A stretch of DNA of 33,326 nucleotides from assembly GCA_021432655.1 (NCBI GenBank), contig MU271312.1, positions 62,986 through 96,311 of the forward strand. The letters run 5' to 3'. This document shows positions 10,763 through 22,604 of this stretch, piece by piece (within the stretch, counting starts at the first letter, position 1; every line of letters begins with the position of its first letter). The notes under the pieces were generated by a model. The model was not told the DNA's origin and searched no databases. It saw nothing but the letters and a program-made list of their open reading frames with translations. The stretch is from Atractiella rhizophila (Eukaryota). The translations under genes were made by a program, and so were the position numbers.

Positions 10763-13023
10763 CTAGTCCTCACCAGGACTAGCTCTGCCCATGTCCTCCC
10801 AACTCCTTGAACTCGAAGTGTGACTAGCCTGACTCGTAGTTTCGAAATCGCTGAGTCCCTCCTTTTCCCAACTCTGCATCTTCTCCATCCCAACTGCTGT
10901 CACATCACCGTCCTTCTTTTCCGCATAGTCCCTCTTCACCTTCTCGTCCAAAGCCGTATTCGCCGTAGGAAGCTTGACAGAATCCGACGATTCCCCAATC
11001 ATCTCGATTGGACGCATAGCCAATTTGTCACTCGACACTTCACTCTCTTCCTTCTCCTGAGTCGGCGTAGCCTCTGGCAGATCGGGATATGTGGGCAAGA
11101 CGTGCTCCTTATCCTCCGGCAACTCCACCTCCTCTCCCTCCCCGACGCTCTTTGGGGCTTCTCTCGCATCACTCGGCATCTTGGGCAGTATTCCTCCGTC
11201 CTCCGCCTTTTCCTCCTTTGGCACAACTTCTTCCTCTGTTCTCTCTTCTGCAGGACTTTGCACCACCTCTCCACCTCCAACAACCGGAGTACTGCATCCT
11301 TTCTCCCCCTCGTCTTTCGAATGATTTCGCTCCGCACTCAAGCTCTCGAACTCTTTACGAAGTGCAATCAACTCCTTCTCAAACCTCCGACCCCACACCT
11401 CCACGTAGAAAGATGCACCGTTCCATACGGCAACAGAGAACATGGAAGCGACGAAAATGGCGTCAGCTGTCTTGTGGTTGAAATAGAGGATTGATGGAGA
11501 GACAGTGAGGATGGTCTATACTCGATATTAGATAATTGTCTGCTAGAAAAAAACATACGAACGTAGATCATTTGGCCAACCATAAATGACAATTCCTTGT
11601 AGGCGCCGGGAATATAAGTAAGCATCTTGCCAATCGTCCCTTTCTTATCATTCAAGAGGCTAATCAACCATCAAGTTAGGATGGTCTGTATCTATGAAGC
11701 CCAGGGGAGGACGAACTAAGTGAACGAGGTGATCCTGCCCTTCGCAATCTTCTCCCTTCTCTTCTCAATCACAAAATACCAATAACCGCCTTGCCAGATG
11801 ATATCTGCAACGTCGCTTCTCAGTTTCTTTCTCTCCTGGAAATGACAGGAGACCAGGACAGACGCACAAACAACGCTAGTAACCGCGAGGAAGCTCTTCC
11901 AGCCTAACCAACCTCCTTTCAAAGCCGGATATCTGGCTTCTGCGAGACCAGGAGGGTAGAAATGTTTGATAGTCATTAGCACCAGTGGTGGGTAGAGGTG
12001 GATGTAGAGACTGGTCACTGTTACGTACTGTGTCAGTAATCGGCGGGATGAGGAAGGCAGAACAAACCTTTATCAATGCTATGAAACACAAGGGAATTCC
12101 TCCACGTCAAGACCGCCGTTGCGAGTGGTCCTGTGGATTTCATCAGTTGGGCGATATGACATAGTATCCGGAAGGTGTACCGTTGGCTAGTCCCCAGACC
12201 GCAGCGAAAAGCAGGGAAGAGGAAGGGAAGACCCAGAGCCAGAGGAGCAGGAGTCCGTTGATGTAATCTGTGGCAACAGTTGGAACATTACGCGGGAGAC
12301 CTCTAAGGGAACGAGCATACAACAGAGGTCGAACACTATAGCGAGTTCAGTTGTCACTGCGAACAAAAGATTTGAAAACACGCACAAAAGTAGTGCCATG
12401 CTTTCTTCTTGTATGTGTACAGTCGCCAGGGAAGGAGGATGAGCGCTTGTATCGTGTAGAAGAGGGGGATGTAGGTCGGGTAGAAGCCTTCGCCCCGTTG
12501 TTGTCAGTGTTTAGAAGTTAACTATCTAGTAGGAGACAAACCGAGGAGAAGCACCGTAGCTACGATCTGTCCACACAAATACGTCATCGGCTGTCTTGGT
12601 TGGCAGAGTGCATGTTGGCAAAGGACGTACGTTATTGACACCGAAGAAGAAGCTGATCTGTTCCCTCAAGCTTACGATCTTGGTCTCGTTCCACTTCAAG
12701 CTGAGCGCCTTCATCCTCTCCTCCACCCTCAACTTCAGTCTCTCAACCTCCCTCTCAGCCTCACCCCAACCTTCTCTCTTCAGCAACTCTTCCAAGGCTC
12801 TCCTCCGCTTTTCCATGCCCCTCTCCACTCTCTTCCCTTGCTGCCTAATTGCACGAGAGAGTAGCTCGATAGTCGCATCGAAGGAAACCAGGAGATCGAC
12901 AAGAGATAAGTCGCTGAATGGCGAGTCGGGAAGGGAGAAAGAACCAGATGGTGAACCATTAGAAGGTGTAACGCTTCCCGAGTGATTTCGGGAGTGCGTC
13001 AAAGACGAAGAAGCGGTAGACAT
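10763..13023 (-). CDS. GPC1: Glycerophosphocholine acyltransferase (DUF2838 family), multi-exon membrane protein
   Basis: VSLREQISFFFGVNN, FDLC, SLYIHLYPPLV..IKHFYP, WNGASFYVEVWGRRFEKEL motifs recognised from Gpc1/DUF2838; acidic low-complexity C-terminus. Confidence 0.85.
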
Positions 13024-14290
13024 CTTGCTTGCTTTGTCGCCACTGTTGATTATTGTGAAATGAAAATGTCAATGACCCCGGGCAAAGGCCACGATGAAGT
13101 GTTCTTTGAATGAATGTGTCAGTCCTTTTCGTCCGCTGCCAGAGAGACTCACATTATTCCTTGGATTTAAATGGCTTAACTCGTGTAATCTCGTTGTTGA
13201 TTATGCTGAAGCGTTTAGCATGTATAATAAGGCGTAGACTGGGGTCGTCGTCGACGTCGTTGTTTCGTCGTTTTCACAAGTCAGCCAACGGAACCGAATG
13301 GGAAGCGGATGCTCCCCTTTGGGGTTGAGAACTGAGACCTGTTTGTGTTTGTCAGGAGGTTGGGAAATTCAACAAGCAGAGTAAAAGGCCGTACCATAAA
13401 TTACATAGAAAGATCGTCAGTCACATTGAAGTGGAGGATGTTTTGAAGACTTTAGAGCAGCTAAAATGGGACAGGAACACAGCAAGGAGTTTGGAGAACG
13501 ATTCGTGCGAGATATTGTTTTAAACTTTCCTTTAAACTCCAAGGCTTCGAGTTCTACTGCTCCATCCATTCACTGCGTAACCGTGGTTGTTGGATTCACT
13601 GCGATTTTTATTTGCAATTATGCTGAGGGCCAAAGCCATAGCGGCTCCACTACTGGATATCGTAATTCTGAGACGCTGTACATGCAATATAAATTGTGTC
13701 AAGCATCTCGCTCTTCCATCACGAATCTTCACTTTCTATAGCACATGAAGCTATATCGCTTCCTTTGTACAAGTGGAGGCCAACAACTCCTTGAGCTTTG
13801 ATTTGAGTTCTATACCTGTCTCGTCTAAACGTGCAGGTGAACTCCAAATATCATTTTTATCTAGCAAGGCTCAAAAGGCTGGGCTCAGAACAGAAAAAAA
13901 ATTTTTTTTACATCAAATTAGGTTCCGGATTGTGGGCTTGGTCCTTAACAACTTAAAGTTTAGTGCATTTTGAAAAATGCACTTGCACAGCCTCGCATTC
14001 CTGATTGTTGTCGGACGTGATCAACCACCGTTGAAATGCAGTTTCGGAAGCGCGGAGAGCGCGTACTGGTTGAGTTCAGGTCACGTTTGGCTTCCGATCG
14101 CGTTCTGCATAACTCACTTTCGAACTCCGCCAGTTTTGACTCAAACACAGCATGTAAAAGCGTGCTGTGCTCCTGAGCTGACCTCTTGTCATAAAGAACA
14201 AAGGGCTCATTTATGACTCGCTCGCACTGATCTCAGATCGTTGTCTGCCAGTGTCTCAGAAGTAGGTAAGCCCTCCCTTTGTATCCATCA

Positions 14291-15267
14291 ATGTCGTCGC
14301 GGAAACCGTATGGTAATGCGACAGACAATATGTTTTACCCCACCTCGAAGAGGGAGAGGGAAGATTTGGCGCAAAATTATGGAGCGCTCCAATACAAGAT
14401 TGATGATCAAAGGCGTTCTTCTCTGTCGAAGAGAACATCGTCAAGATCGAGCTACTTGAAGAAGAATCCGAACTCTCAAGAGCTCTCTTCTTCTTCTTCT
14501 TACACTTCTGAGACCTCATCGTATTCCCCCACCCTTTCTCAGCGATCTTCAAGCTCCTCTAGAGCTTCATCGTATTCTTCCTCTCCCAGTTCAATATCCA
14601 TTACATCTCCCTTGCACTCACCGCCCCAGCGGAAAGTGCAGCGGAGTGAATATAGGTATCAATCGACAAGATCTTCCCCCCTCTCACTTCCGCGAGATTC
14701 ATTTACGTCGCAGAATCCCTCCGTCTCTCCTCCCAATTTCCAAGGTGGAGCCGCAAGTGTATCTGCTCGACGAGCAACACAATCTCGTCCAGTCGGACAT
14801 CGGTACGCGTCGGAGTACTTGGTATCTCCCTCTTCGACTTCGCAACCATTCCAACCAGAGCGTTTCCAACAACCTTTTTCCCGCCATTGGGTATCCATCC
14901 AGCACCACTACCTCACCCGAAACCGAAGGTCTATGCAACGCAGGACACAGGTCGAATGGGGCTGGAAGGTCGGAGGAATGGAAACAATGAAAAGAAATCG
15001 CGAACAGAGAAACGAACACTATTCCGGCCACAAACATTGAACTTCGAGCAACGGGAAAGGAGAGAAACCTCTAAGCCAAATTCAGTGTCAAGGCAGATGA
15101 CGTTGAAGCAGACGAGCGTTTTACAAAACCCACGAAGTGTGCAGAAACTCCATTCTCAGCAAAGACAACAACGCCTTGGTGAATACTGTGATAAGTGTCC
15201 TGATGGACGTCTGCTCAATGGAAACCGAGTCGTCTGCTCCCATTGTGGAAGAACAGTGTATTTGTAA
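14291..15267 (+). CDS. Ser-rich low-complexity protein with C-terminal CxxC...CxxC (putative Zn ribbon); apparent 1-nt frameshift at 14875-14879
   Basis: ORFs 14279-15040 and 14887-15267 become one 325-aa ORF if one T is added to the T5 run. The paralogous copy reads through here (QHALFPPLGV). Ends EYCDKCPDG...CSHCGRTVYL*. Confidence 0.6.
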
Positions 15268-15457
15268 TGTCGATGGCCACTTCGGGATGTGTACTAGGTA
15301 AAGCTTGTAGTTCTGCTGTTGTTTGTACAAGACCTGGTGTTTGAATTGATTGTGCATATTTATCTCACCACTTGACGCAACATTGTGTGGCAGATGCCGA
15401 GCAAAGCACTTTTCAGCTGAGGGGCATTGGATTAATTGCATAGAGAAATGGTAAAAC

Positions 15458-16897
15458 TCACGGAAAGTCACAGGCAAACTCTGGGACATCTGGTAAACCC
15501 CACTCAGCTCCATAGTCGTAAAATCGCAATCCTTGAGACTGTAGAAAGAACCTCAAATCAAGGATAAGTGCAGGCGGTCGATCTGTCGACGGTGTCCAGG
15601 TCATGATAACGGTACGCAGTCTTGGGAATAATCCTCGAGCTCCTATCATCTGCTTCACAACTTGTAAATCTCCTTTATTTTCCCATCTAAAGCCAAGTTC
15701 CTTCACATTCTGGAAGACTGTCTCAAAAGGGAGCTTATCCAACAAATGTCCAGATAAAGCAAGTTTCTTGAAGGGAAGAGCGCGCAAAATGGTCCGAAAA
15801 AACCGGGTCACGAATGCTGATGGACATGGCGTTTGGAGCGAATCGTCTACAATATTAGGTTGAATGCGCAAAGTACGCAATTGAGGACGATCACAAGAAA
15901 GGATACTCTGTTGCAGGGCCATGAAGGTGGATGTGGTATCGCGTCCTTCAAAATTCAGACTCTGCAAATTTGGGCAGCTTCTGATGAGCACCGCGGATGT
16001 CTTAGCCCCCATCCGCTGTATGATGGTCAATTCTTGTATCGTGGGGCACTGAAAATGATGATGAAAATCCGTTATCAACCCATCGTGACGGAAGATGAGG
16101 TTAAGCCGTCGCAAATTTCGATGTAAGGGCAACTCCCGGTATAAATCAAAAGGAATGGGCTCTCGAGGTCCAGAAGAGAGACTAATAGATAGACCCATCA
16201 AAAATATACTGCGAGTTGCCTGGCAAATCGTCGTTTGACCGTGAGTACCGTAGGATTCCAGGCATGGACACCTTTGGATGATAGCTTCCGCTATCGCAAG
16301 CTCGTCGTCCCTGCCATCCACGGTGTAAATGAAGTGGATGTTTTTCACAAAGGCTCCGACGCCATCTCCAGCCGAAATACGTTCGAGAAATATCGACATC
16401 TCGACGCTCCCAAGCAATCGGGGAAACCTGTAAAGCCTCGGGAGGAGAGCTAGGTATAGTCTAGAGTGGCAAAGTACAACGTGTAAAATATCGCGCGCTG
16501 AAATGATAAACTCGCAGATCCACCATAAAATATCATTAGGGAGCTCCTGGAAGTTGACACGAGGGTGATTTACAACATCAGCAGGACGCACAGAGCGTGG
16601 TCGGGATCGAGAGCGAGAGCGAGAGCGTGACCGTGAGCGAGAGCGAGAGCGTGACCGTGAGCGAGAGCGAGAGCGTGACCGTGAGCGAGAGCGAGAGCGT
16701 GACCGTGAGCGAGAGCGGGGTCGAGGAGTAACAGACGCTCGCCAGCGTTCGACTTAATGAGACACAGTAATGTGAGATTGGCCGGTCAGTAAGCGAAGAA
16801 GGAGGAGATGCTCACTTCTCGATCGAATTGCTCTCGGATCACCGTGTGCGATGTTTGACTCGCTTCTCAATCGCAGCTGCTTAGAGTTTCGATCCAT
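15458..16897 (-). CDS. F-box protein with LRR-like C-terminus and N-terminal (RS)19 repeat, copy 1 (~458 aa)
   Basis: F-box motif FQELPNDILWWICEFI...LHVVLCHSRLYLALLPRLYR; LRR-like CPCLE, LRRLNL, CPNLQSLNF, FPRLRTV. A 63-nt intron at 16815-16753 (GTGAGC...TAAG) removes the TAA at 16754. Confidence 0.8.
16611..16717 (+). repeat. Coding minisatellite, 24-bp unit GAGCGAGAGCGAGAGCGTGACCGT x ~4.4, encoding Arg-Ser dipeptides on the - strand
   Basis: Perfect units start at 16611, 16635, 16659 and 16683, with a partial unit at 16707. Confidence 0.95.
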
Positions 16898-17338
16898 TAT
16901 TTTGCTCCGTCCTGGAACTTGCAAGTAAAGCGCAAGGCGTGGAGGACGTAGAGAGAACAAAGGGAGAGCAGCCCCTTGTTCTGCTCGCAACCTCTTGGCC
17001 ACGTGACCGTGCCACTCAATTCCTTTCCTTGACAAAGCTGAAAGGAGGCTTAAGCGCTTCGAAGAGCCACTATACCCTGAGTGTATGGTAAGCAGTGCGA
17101 GGAGAACTCTGTGAGCCCAATTTTTCTGAGTTTCTCTTGCTCCTGTCCCGATAGAGGCTGCCAAGACATAGAATTAATTATGTGAGTGCCATGCATTTGA
17201 TCCATTGTGCCTTTTCACGCTGAAAGATGGCAACGTTATGACGTAGGATATATGTGCTCTCTTTGTTCAATTGATTTGACTTAGAGTAATCTAGAACATT
17301 TTATCCATGACCTATACTAAATGCAAGAGCAGATAAAG

Positions 17339-18589
17339 ATGGATCCTCCTCTGCCGACATCAGGCACATACGTTTCCTCCATCAGAGAGAGCTGTACGCT
17401 GATCAGAGAGAAGTACAATATCAAAGTGAGTGTCGATTGCTTTTCAAGGCACGAGATTACACAAGTCTTGGTAGATTTCGCAAGACGGCGTTTCCAACTT
17501 TCTCACCAATCTGAAAGCTGAAGATTACGAGCGTCTGAAGTCCTCGCATGGACTTGCCTTTCCTCTCAAATTCGAATCTGCAGTCGATGAGCTCAACGTG
17601 ATCTGCCTGCTCTCCATTCTTAACTTTTTGCATGGTTATCGCCTGGAATTGAAAGCGAGGACGGGACGAGGAGCTTGGGACACTATCACCTTCCTCGTTC
17701 TGTCCCTTTACCTCTCGACGGAAAGCTATCCGCCTCTATCTACTTCCCATCTCGCCAGTTTGACGAAGGAGAAACTTGCCGAGTTCATGGGCTTGAAAAC
17801 CCACGTTGAGAAGCAACATGAGACGCTCCCTATTCAGATCGGGGAAGTCGACCAGGATGTGAAGGAAATTGTCGAGCTGGTATACGGAGTCATCAGCGAA
17901 ACAGCCGATATCCTGCAGAAGCAAAAAGAGAAGAGCTTTGGAAGTTGGATGGAGCGTGCTTTAACAGAATCGAAAGCCGACAATGAGAAGTTGCTGAAGC
18001 TTTTGGTTGTCACTTTCCCAGCATTCCGAGATGTCTATGAAATCGATGGCCAACGTGAGAGTCTTTCCCTCATGGTATTTCAATCCTCTTGACTTGATTT
18101 TAAGCTGTATATCTCTTCAAGAAAGCTCTGTTTCTCTTGAATGGCATCTCGCATGTTTTCTCCCTTCCTGGTCGGCCCACGGCACCGTTTCAGCTTCCTG
18201 ATTCGTCTCGCCTTCCTATTTTTGCAGATAATGTTATCCCTAGTAAGTGACCCTTTGCCTGCCCACCTCTGGCACAAACTTGTGACTCTCCAGCGATGTT
18301 GATGCATCACGGCATTTTCTCCTTTGAAGAGGCTACCGAACCATCTGTCCGATCCTTGGGCCTACAGTATACCACGAACTCTTTCCCATCTCCAGATGTG
18401 CCTCCGAGATTGGAGAAGAAGCACGCTGCGATTTTACGGGCTGCCTCGGTTGATGCTTGCTCTGTAATCGCAAAGGCAGGGAACCTGACAGAGGTCGATG
18501 TTGATGCATATCTGTGGGCTGTCGCTAAGGATACGAAAGAATTGAGAGGCGTGACGAGATGGATTGAAAGGGGCACCATTATGTATTGA
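17339..18589 (+). CDS. Divergent queuosine-salvage (DUF2419 / QNG1-like) family protein, copy 1, four exons
   Basis: Motif order ILNF..G, FPAFRD, VYLFKKA, PIFADNVIP..L...GI, ILRAAS, DAYLW, terminal TIMY* parallels the Q_salvage family (FPxFRD, FYKRAQ, FADYxxP, IRxxS, DxxLW, terminal Y). The ATG shared by both copies was used. Confidence 0.72.
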
Positions 18590-18741
18590 AAAGTGCCCTA
18601 ATATCAACATAAAATATCCAACTGAATACATAGGTCTATTGTTCGCTATTTACTGCCTCTATTATCTGACTGGCGATATTAAATATCTCTGGCGATGCGC
18701 GCGTTTTTCTACAGTGAACATGGATATGTGCCTGCTTTTCC

Positions 18742-18744
<3 letters not shown>

Positions 18745-18776
<32 letters not shown>
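18745..18776 (+). repeat. A32 homopolymer exactly at the duplication junction
   Basis: 32 consecutive A; absent at the equivalent position of unit 2 (CCCTTA|GTGAGG at 22760). Confidence 0.95.
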
Positions 18777-18777
<1 letters not shown>

Positions 18778-18780
<3 letters not shown>

Positions 18781-19377
18781 TCACCTCAACGAACTTCATT
18801 TACCTCGCAAAATCCCTCCATCTCTCCTTCCAATTCTCAAGGTGGAGCCGCAAGTATATCTGCTGCTCGACGAGCAATTCGATCTCGTCCAGTAAGGAAT
18901 CGGTACAGGTCGGAGCCATTGGTACCTCCCTCTTCAACTTCCCAACCGCAGCGTTTCCAACATGCGTTATTCCCACCGTTGGGTGTATCTCCAGCGCCGC
19001 TGCCTCATCGGAAACCGAATATGTCTACACTGCAGCGCATCGGGCGGGAACAGAACCGAATCCACGAATACCCAGCGCAGGACATAAGTCGATTGGGGGT
19101 GGGTGGTCGGAGGGATGGCAATGAGAAGAAATCGCGCGTAGAGAAGTCAACGCTTTCCCAACCACGAACAATGAAGTTTGAGCAACAGGAAAGGGGAGAA
19201 CTCGCCTCTGCCTCAAGACCAATGATAGTAAAGCAGGGGGGCATTAACCTTTCAGGTTTGCAGAAACTGCGGCCTCGGCAAAGACCACAACTCCCCGTTG
19301 AATATTGTGATACTTGTAATAGTGGATATGTGAACGGAGCATTCTGCTCCGAATGCGCAAGAGCGGTGTATTTGTAG
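18778..19377 (+). pseudogene. 5'-truncated copy 2 of the Ser-rich Zn-ribbon gene
   Basis: Open frame from the poly-A edge (LSPQRTSFTSQNPSISP...) to EYCDTCNSG...CSECARAVYL*. It lacks the first ~130 codons of copy 1 and its start codon. Confidence 0.65.
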
Positions 19378-19579
19378 TAACCGACTTAGCGACAGCTTTG
19401 GGATGTGTAGGAAGTAATGCTTGTAGTTCTACTGTTGTTGTGCAAATCCAAACTGATTGTATAGTTAATCTCTTAACCTTGATGTGACATTGCGTAGTAG
19501 ATGCCGGCCAAGGCAGGTTGAGTGAGGTTCACCTAGAAGAAGGGACACTACAGTTATTTGCATGCAGAAATGGTAAAAT

Positions 19580-20938
19580 TCATGGAAAGTCGCAGGCAAA
19601 TTCAGGGACCCCTGGTAAACCCCACTCCGATCCACAGTCGTAGAAACGCAATCCGCGAGAATGTATAAAAAACATCAGATCAGGAATAAGCACAGATTGT
19701 CCATCTGTCGAGGGTATCCACGTCATGAGAACATTATGAAGGTTTGGGAATAATCCCCGAGTCCCTATCATTTGCTTCACAACTTCTACGTTTCCTTTAG
19801 TCTCCCATAAAAAGCCAAGTTCCTTCACGCTCTGGAAAGTCCCCTCAAAGGGGAGTTTATCCAACAAATGCCCCGGCAAAGCAAGTTTCGTTATAGGAGC
19901 AAGGCTCAAAATGGTCGCAAAGAACCGGGTCACAAATGCTGCTGGACACGGTGCATGAGAATCGTCTACAACATTAAGTTGGATGCGTAAAGCACGCAAT
20001 TGACGTCGATCACAAGCAAGGAGACTCTGTTGCAGCGCGATGAAGGTGAAGGTGGTATCTTCTCCTCGAAAATTCAGACTCTGCAAATTTGGGCAGCTCC
20101 TAATGAGCACCGCGGATGTCTTAGCCCCAATTCGCTGTTTGAGAGTCAATTCTTGTATCGTAGGGCACCGAAAATGATGATGAAAAGCCGTTATCATGCC
20201 GTCATGACGGAACATCAAGCGAAGCCGTCGCAAACTTCGATGTAAAGGTAACTCGCGATATAAGTCAAAAGGAATTGGATCCCAAGTTCTAGGAGTGAGA
20301 CTGATAGATAGACCTATTAAAAGGATTTTGCGAGTTGCTTGGCAAATCGTCGTTTGACCGTGAGTACCATAAAATTCTAGGCATGGACACCACTGGATGA
20401 TAGCTTCCGCTATCGTAAGCTCTTCGTCCTTGCGATCCACAGTGTAAATGAAATGGATGTTTTTCACAAATGCTCCGACGCCATCTCCTACCGAAATACG
20501 CTCGAGAAATATAGACATCTCGACAGTCCCAAACAATCTGGGAAACCTGTAAAGCCGAGGAAGGAGAACCAGGTATAGCCTGGAGTGGCAAAGTAGAATG
20601 TGTAAAACATCCCGCGTTGAAATGATAAACTCGCAGATCCACCATAAAATATCATTAGGGAGCTCCTGGAAGTTGGCACGAGGATGATTTAGAACATCAG
20701 CAGGAAGCACAGAGCGTGGTCGGGATCTAGAGCGAGAGCGTGACCGAGAGCGAGAGCGGGGTCGAGGAGTAACAGACGCTCGCCAGCGTTCGACTTCATA
20801 AGACACAGTAATGTGAGATTGGCCTGTCAATAACGGAAGAAAGAGGAGATGCCCACTTCTGGATCGAATCGCTCTCGGATCACCATGTGTGATGTTTGAC
20901 TCGCTTCTTAATCGCAGCTGCTTGGAGTTTCGATCCAT
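19580..20938 (-). CDS. F-box protein with LRR-like C-terminus and (RS)6 repeat, copy 2 (~431 aa after removing a 63-nt intron)
   Basis: 452-codon ORF; FQELPNDILWWICEFI; collinear with copy 1, including an in-frame intron equivalent (GTGGGC...GAAG). Confidence 0.82.
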   Translation of the reverse strand: MDRNSKQLRLRSESNITHGDPRAIRSRSGHLLFLPLLTGQSHITVSYEVERWRASVTPRPRSRSRSRSRSRSRPRSVLPADVLNHPRANFQELPNDILWWICEFIISTRDVLHILLCHSRLYLVLLPRLYRFPRLFGTVEMSIFLERISVGDGVGAFVKNIHFIYTVDRKDEELTIAEAIIQWCPCLEFYGTHGQTTICQATRKILLIGLSISLTPRTWDPIPFDLYRELPLHRSLRRLRLMFRHDGMITAFHHHFRCPTIQELTLKQRIGAKTSAVLIRSCPNLQSLNFRGEDTTFTFIALQQSLLACDRRQLRALRIQLNVVDDSHAPCPAAFVTRFFATILSLAPITKLALPGHLLDKLPFEGTFQSVKELGFLWETKGNVEVVKQMIGTRGLFPNLHNVLMTWIPSTDGQSVLIPDLMFFIHSRGLRFYDCGSEWGLPGVPEFACDFP

Positions 20939-21354
20939 TATTTTTGCTCCATCCTCAAACTTTCAAGCAAAAGGCAGAGCATGGAAATGGAAAGACGCAC
21001 AGAGAACAAAGGAGAGCTACCTCCTTGTTTCAGGCCCTGGTCACGTGACGTAGCACTGATGACAAAGGCTTAAGTGCCGCTCTACCCTGAGTGTATGACA
21101 AGTAGTGCGAGGAGAACTCTGTGAGTCCAATGTTTCTGTACTTCTCTTGCTCTCGTCTTGTGCGCGTCGATAGAGGTTGCCAAGAGATAGAATTCTTATG
21201 TGAGTGTCGTGCATTTGATCCATTGTGCACTGGCACTGAAAGATGGTAACCCTATGATCTAGGATATACCCTCTCTCTTTGGTCAATTGATTTGACCTGG
21301 ATTAAACCAGAACATTTTATCCATGACCTACACTAAGTGCAAGAGCAGATAAAG

Positions 21355-22604
21355 ATGGATCCTCCTCTGCCGACATCAGGCACATACGTTTCCTCCATCA
21401 GAGAGAGCTGTAAGTTGATAAGAGAGAAATACAATATCAAAGTGAGCGTCAATTTCTTTTCAGGGCACGACATTAAGCTAGTCTTGGTAGATTTCTCAAG
21501 AAGGCGTTTCCAGCTTTCTCACGAATCTAAAAGCTGAAGATTACCAGCGTCTCAAGTCCTCGCATGGACTTGCATTTCCTCTCAAATTCGAATCCGCGGT
21601 TGATGAGCTCAACGTGATCTGCCTGCTCTCCATTCTTAACTTTTTGCATGGGTATCGCCTGGAATTGAAAGCGAGGACGGGACGAGGAGCTTGGGACACT
21701 ATCACATACCTCGTTCTGTCCCTTTACCTCTCGACGGAAAGCTATCAGCCTCTATCCACTGCCCATCTCGCCAGTTTGACGAAGGAGAAACTTGCCGAGT
21801 TCATGGGCTTAAAAACCCACGTTGAGAAGCAACATGAGACGCTCCCTATTCAGATCGGGGAAGTCGACCAGGATGTGAAGGAAATTGTCGAGCTGGTATA
21901 CGGAGTCATCAGCGAAACAGCCGATATCCTGCAGAAGCAAAAAGAGAAGAGCTTTGGAAGTTGGATGGAGCGTGCTTTAACAGAATCGAAAGCCGACAAT
22001 GAGAAGTTGCTGAAGCTTTTGGTTGTCAATTTCCCAGCATTCCGAGATGCCTATGAAATCGATGGCCAACGTGAGAGTCTTTCCCTCATGGTATTGCAAT
22101 CCTCTTGACTTGATTTTAAGCTGTATATCTCTTCAAGAAAGCTCTGTTTCTCTTGAATGGCATCTCGCACGTTTTCTCACTTCCAGGTCGACCCACGGCA
22201 CCGTTTCAGCTTCCTGATTCGTCACCCCTTCCTATTTTTGCAGACAATGTTATCCCTAGTAAGTGACTGCTTGCTCCTCAACCTCTTGCACAAACTCACG
22301 CTCTCCAGCGATGTTGATGCATCACAGCATTTTCTCCTTCGAAGAGGCCACCGAACCATCTGTCCGATCCTTGGGTCTGCAGTATACCACGAGCTCTTTC
22401 CCATCTCCAGATGTGCCACCGAGATTGGAGAAGAAGCACGCTGCAATTTTACGGGCTGCCTCGGTTGATGCTTGCTCTGTAATCGCAAAGGCAGGGAACC
22501 TGACAGAGGTCGATGTTGATGCATATCTGTGGGCTGTCGCTAAGGATACGAAAGAATTGAGAGGCGTGACGAGATGGATTGAAAGGGGCACCATTATGTA
22601 TTGA
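21355..22604 (+). CDS. Divergent queuosine-salvage (DUF2419 / QNG1-like) family protein, copy 2
   Basis: Near-identical protein and the same intron positions as copy 1. Confidence 0.72.

Noticed and set aside
10820..11494. 224-aa + strand ORF and similar long antisense ORFs (5414-5668, 12596-12985, 26727-27101)
   Set aside because: Shadows opposite compositionally biased exons of well-supported genes.
16611..16717. CRISPR-like array
   Set aside because: Head-to-tail 24-bp units with no unique spacers, inside a eukaryotic coding exon.
16753..16815. Premature TAA making F-box copy 1 a pseudogene
   Set aside because: The stop lies within a 63-nt GTGAGC...AG intron with a CTGAC branch-like motif; splicing restores the frame.
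17339..18776. Processed retrogene ending in poly(A)
   Set aside because: All introns and upstream neighbouring genes are present in the copy, and I saw no target-site duplication.
18695..18895. Poly-Lys ORF
   Set aside because: A by-product of translating the A32 junction.
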